Below, one piece after another: positions 63,301-64,000 of a stretch of 64,000 nucleotides of DNA; positions within the stretch are counted from its first letter, which is position 1; each line of letters opens with the position of its first letter. A program made the position numbers and the translations under genes. The DNA comes from Azolla caroliniana. Its lineage: Eukaryota > Plantae > Polypodiophyta. Location: the NCBI GenBank assembly GCA_043228905.1, contig JBHGNT010000008.1:12648001-12712000 (forward strand). Direction: 5' to 3'. A model generated the notes under the pieces. It searched no databases and was not told where the DNA came from. It worked only from the letters and a program-made list of their open reading frames with translations.

Positions 63301-64000
63301 TTGCTTCAACAAGAAAGAGGGTCGACTCATTGCTCGTGGACGAAGAGAGGGCAAATGTTCATTCTCGACTCGCACAAGATGAAATCGGCCATGTTCGCAA
63401 AAGGCACCAAAGCAGACCCCGACATTGAGTTGTGACACAAGAGGATTGGCCACATGAACCTCCAAAATCTCAAGGAAGTGCAATCGAAAGGAGTTGTGAT
63501 CGGACTCCCAACCTTCGGTAAAGAGAAAGAGATTGAAGGCTTATGTATAGCCTACCAATTCAGTACACAACATCGGCACTTGTTTATGAAGGAGTGGAAC
63601 GTGAGTAAAGGCCTATCTATTGGATGTAATTCATTATGATGTATGGGGACTAGCTCAGATGGCTACATTTGCAGATGTCGATACTACGTTACCTTTATCG
63701 ATGACTTCTCTAGGCACACATGGATCTACCCCATGCGGCAAAGAGCGAAGTGTTTGGACACTTCCAAAAATTCAAGAGTGGAGTCGAAAAGCAAACTGGT
63801 CAACATGTACGATGTCTTCAGTCTGATGGAGGAAAAGACTACTTCTCCAAAAACATTTCGGCTTTTCCTCGGAAAGAAGGAATTTGGCAAGAGTTTTCGT
63901 GTCGACATACGCTACAACAGAACGGAGTAGCCGAACAAAAGAATCGGCGCATCCTCGAAGTAGCACAGGCCAGGCTTAACGAGAAGCACATGCCGAAGTC
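57360..64000 (+). mobile_element. Degenerate copia fragment (protease-integrase), host of element E; runs off the window
   Basis: WFVDSGA at ~57398; KNVLHIPT|ITKNLVS rejoined across E; YYVTFIDDFSRHTWIY. Confidence 0.85.
57593..63224 (-). mobile_element. Near-complete Ty1/copia element E (same family as C)
   Basis: TSD CAACC (57588-57592, 63225-63229). 386-bp LTRs 57593-57978 and 62839-63224; PBS-iMet 62827-62838; PPT from 57979. Gag-pol has a few stops and frameshifts. Confidence 0.96.

Overview
Eukaryotic plant nuclear DNA, most consistent with a fern or lycophyte (inferred from a PLS-type PPR fragment, a Tcn1-like chromovirus and fungal-like Ty3/gypsy elements). Most of the window is LTR-retrotransposon sequence. 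The only host gene I recognise is a three-exon subgroup-21 R2R3-MYB on the minus strand (~5138-12129). Its last exon is split by an intact, very young Tork/Tnt1-like copia element (5556-10706, TSD GAGGC). That element's 5' LTR is truncated exactly at the TATA box, and its LTR carries a splice acceptor in frame with the MYB. A degenerate chromovirus at 18.4-24.1 kb appears to be self-priming (Tf1 style). From 28.9 to 57 kb there is a four-level nest of LTR elements with resolvable TSDs. The nest includes an intact Ty3/gypsy element (43460-50585) with a tRNA-Trp PBS, a 4-bp TSD and a -1 frameshift pseudoknot that is also present, with covarying sequence, in a distant relative at 0-3.7 kb. Three related copia copies carry a ~175-aa extension after RNase H bounded by a duplicated PPT. 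All calls were made by eye, without database searches.
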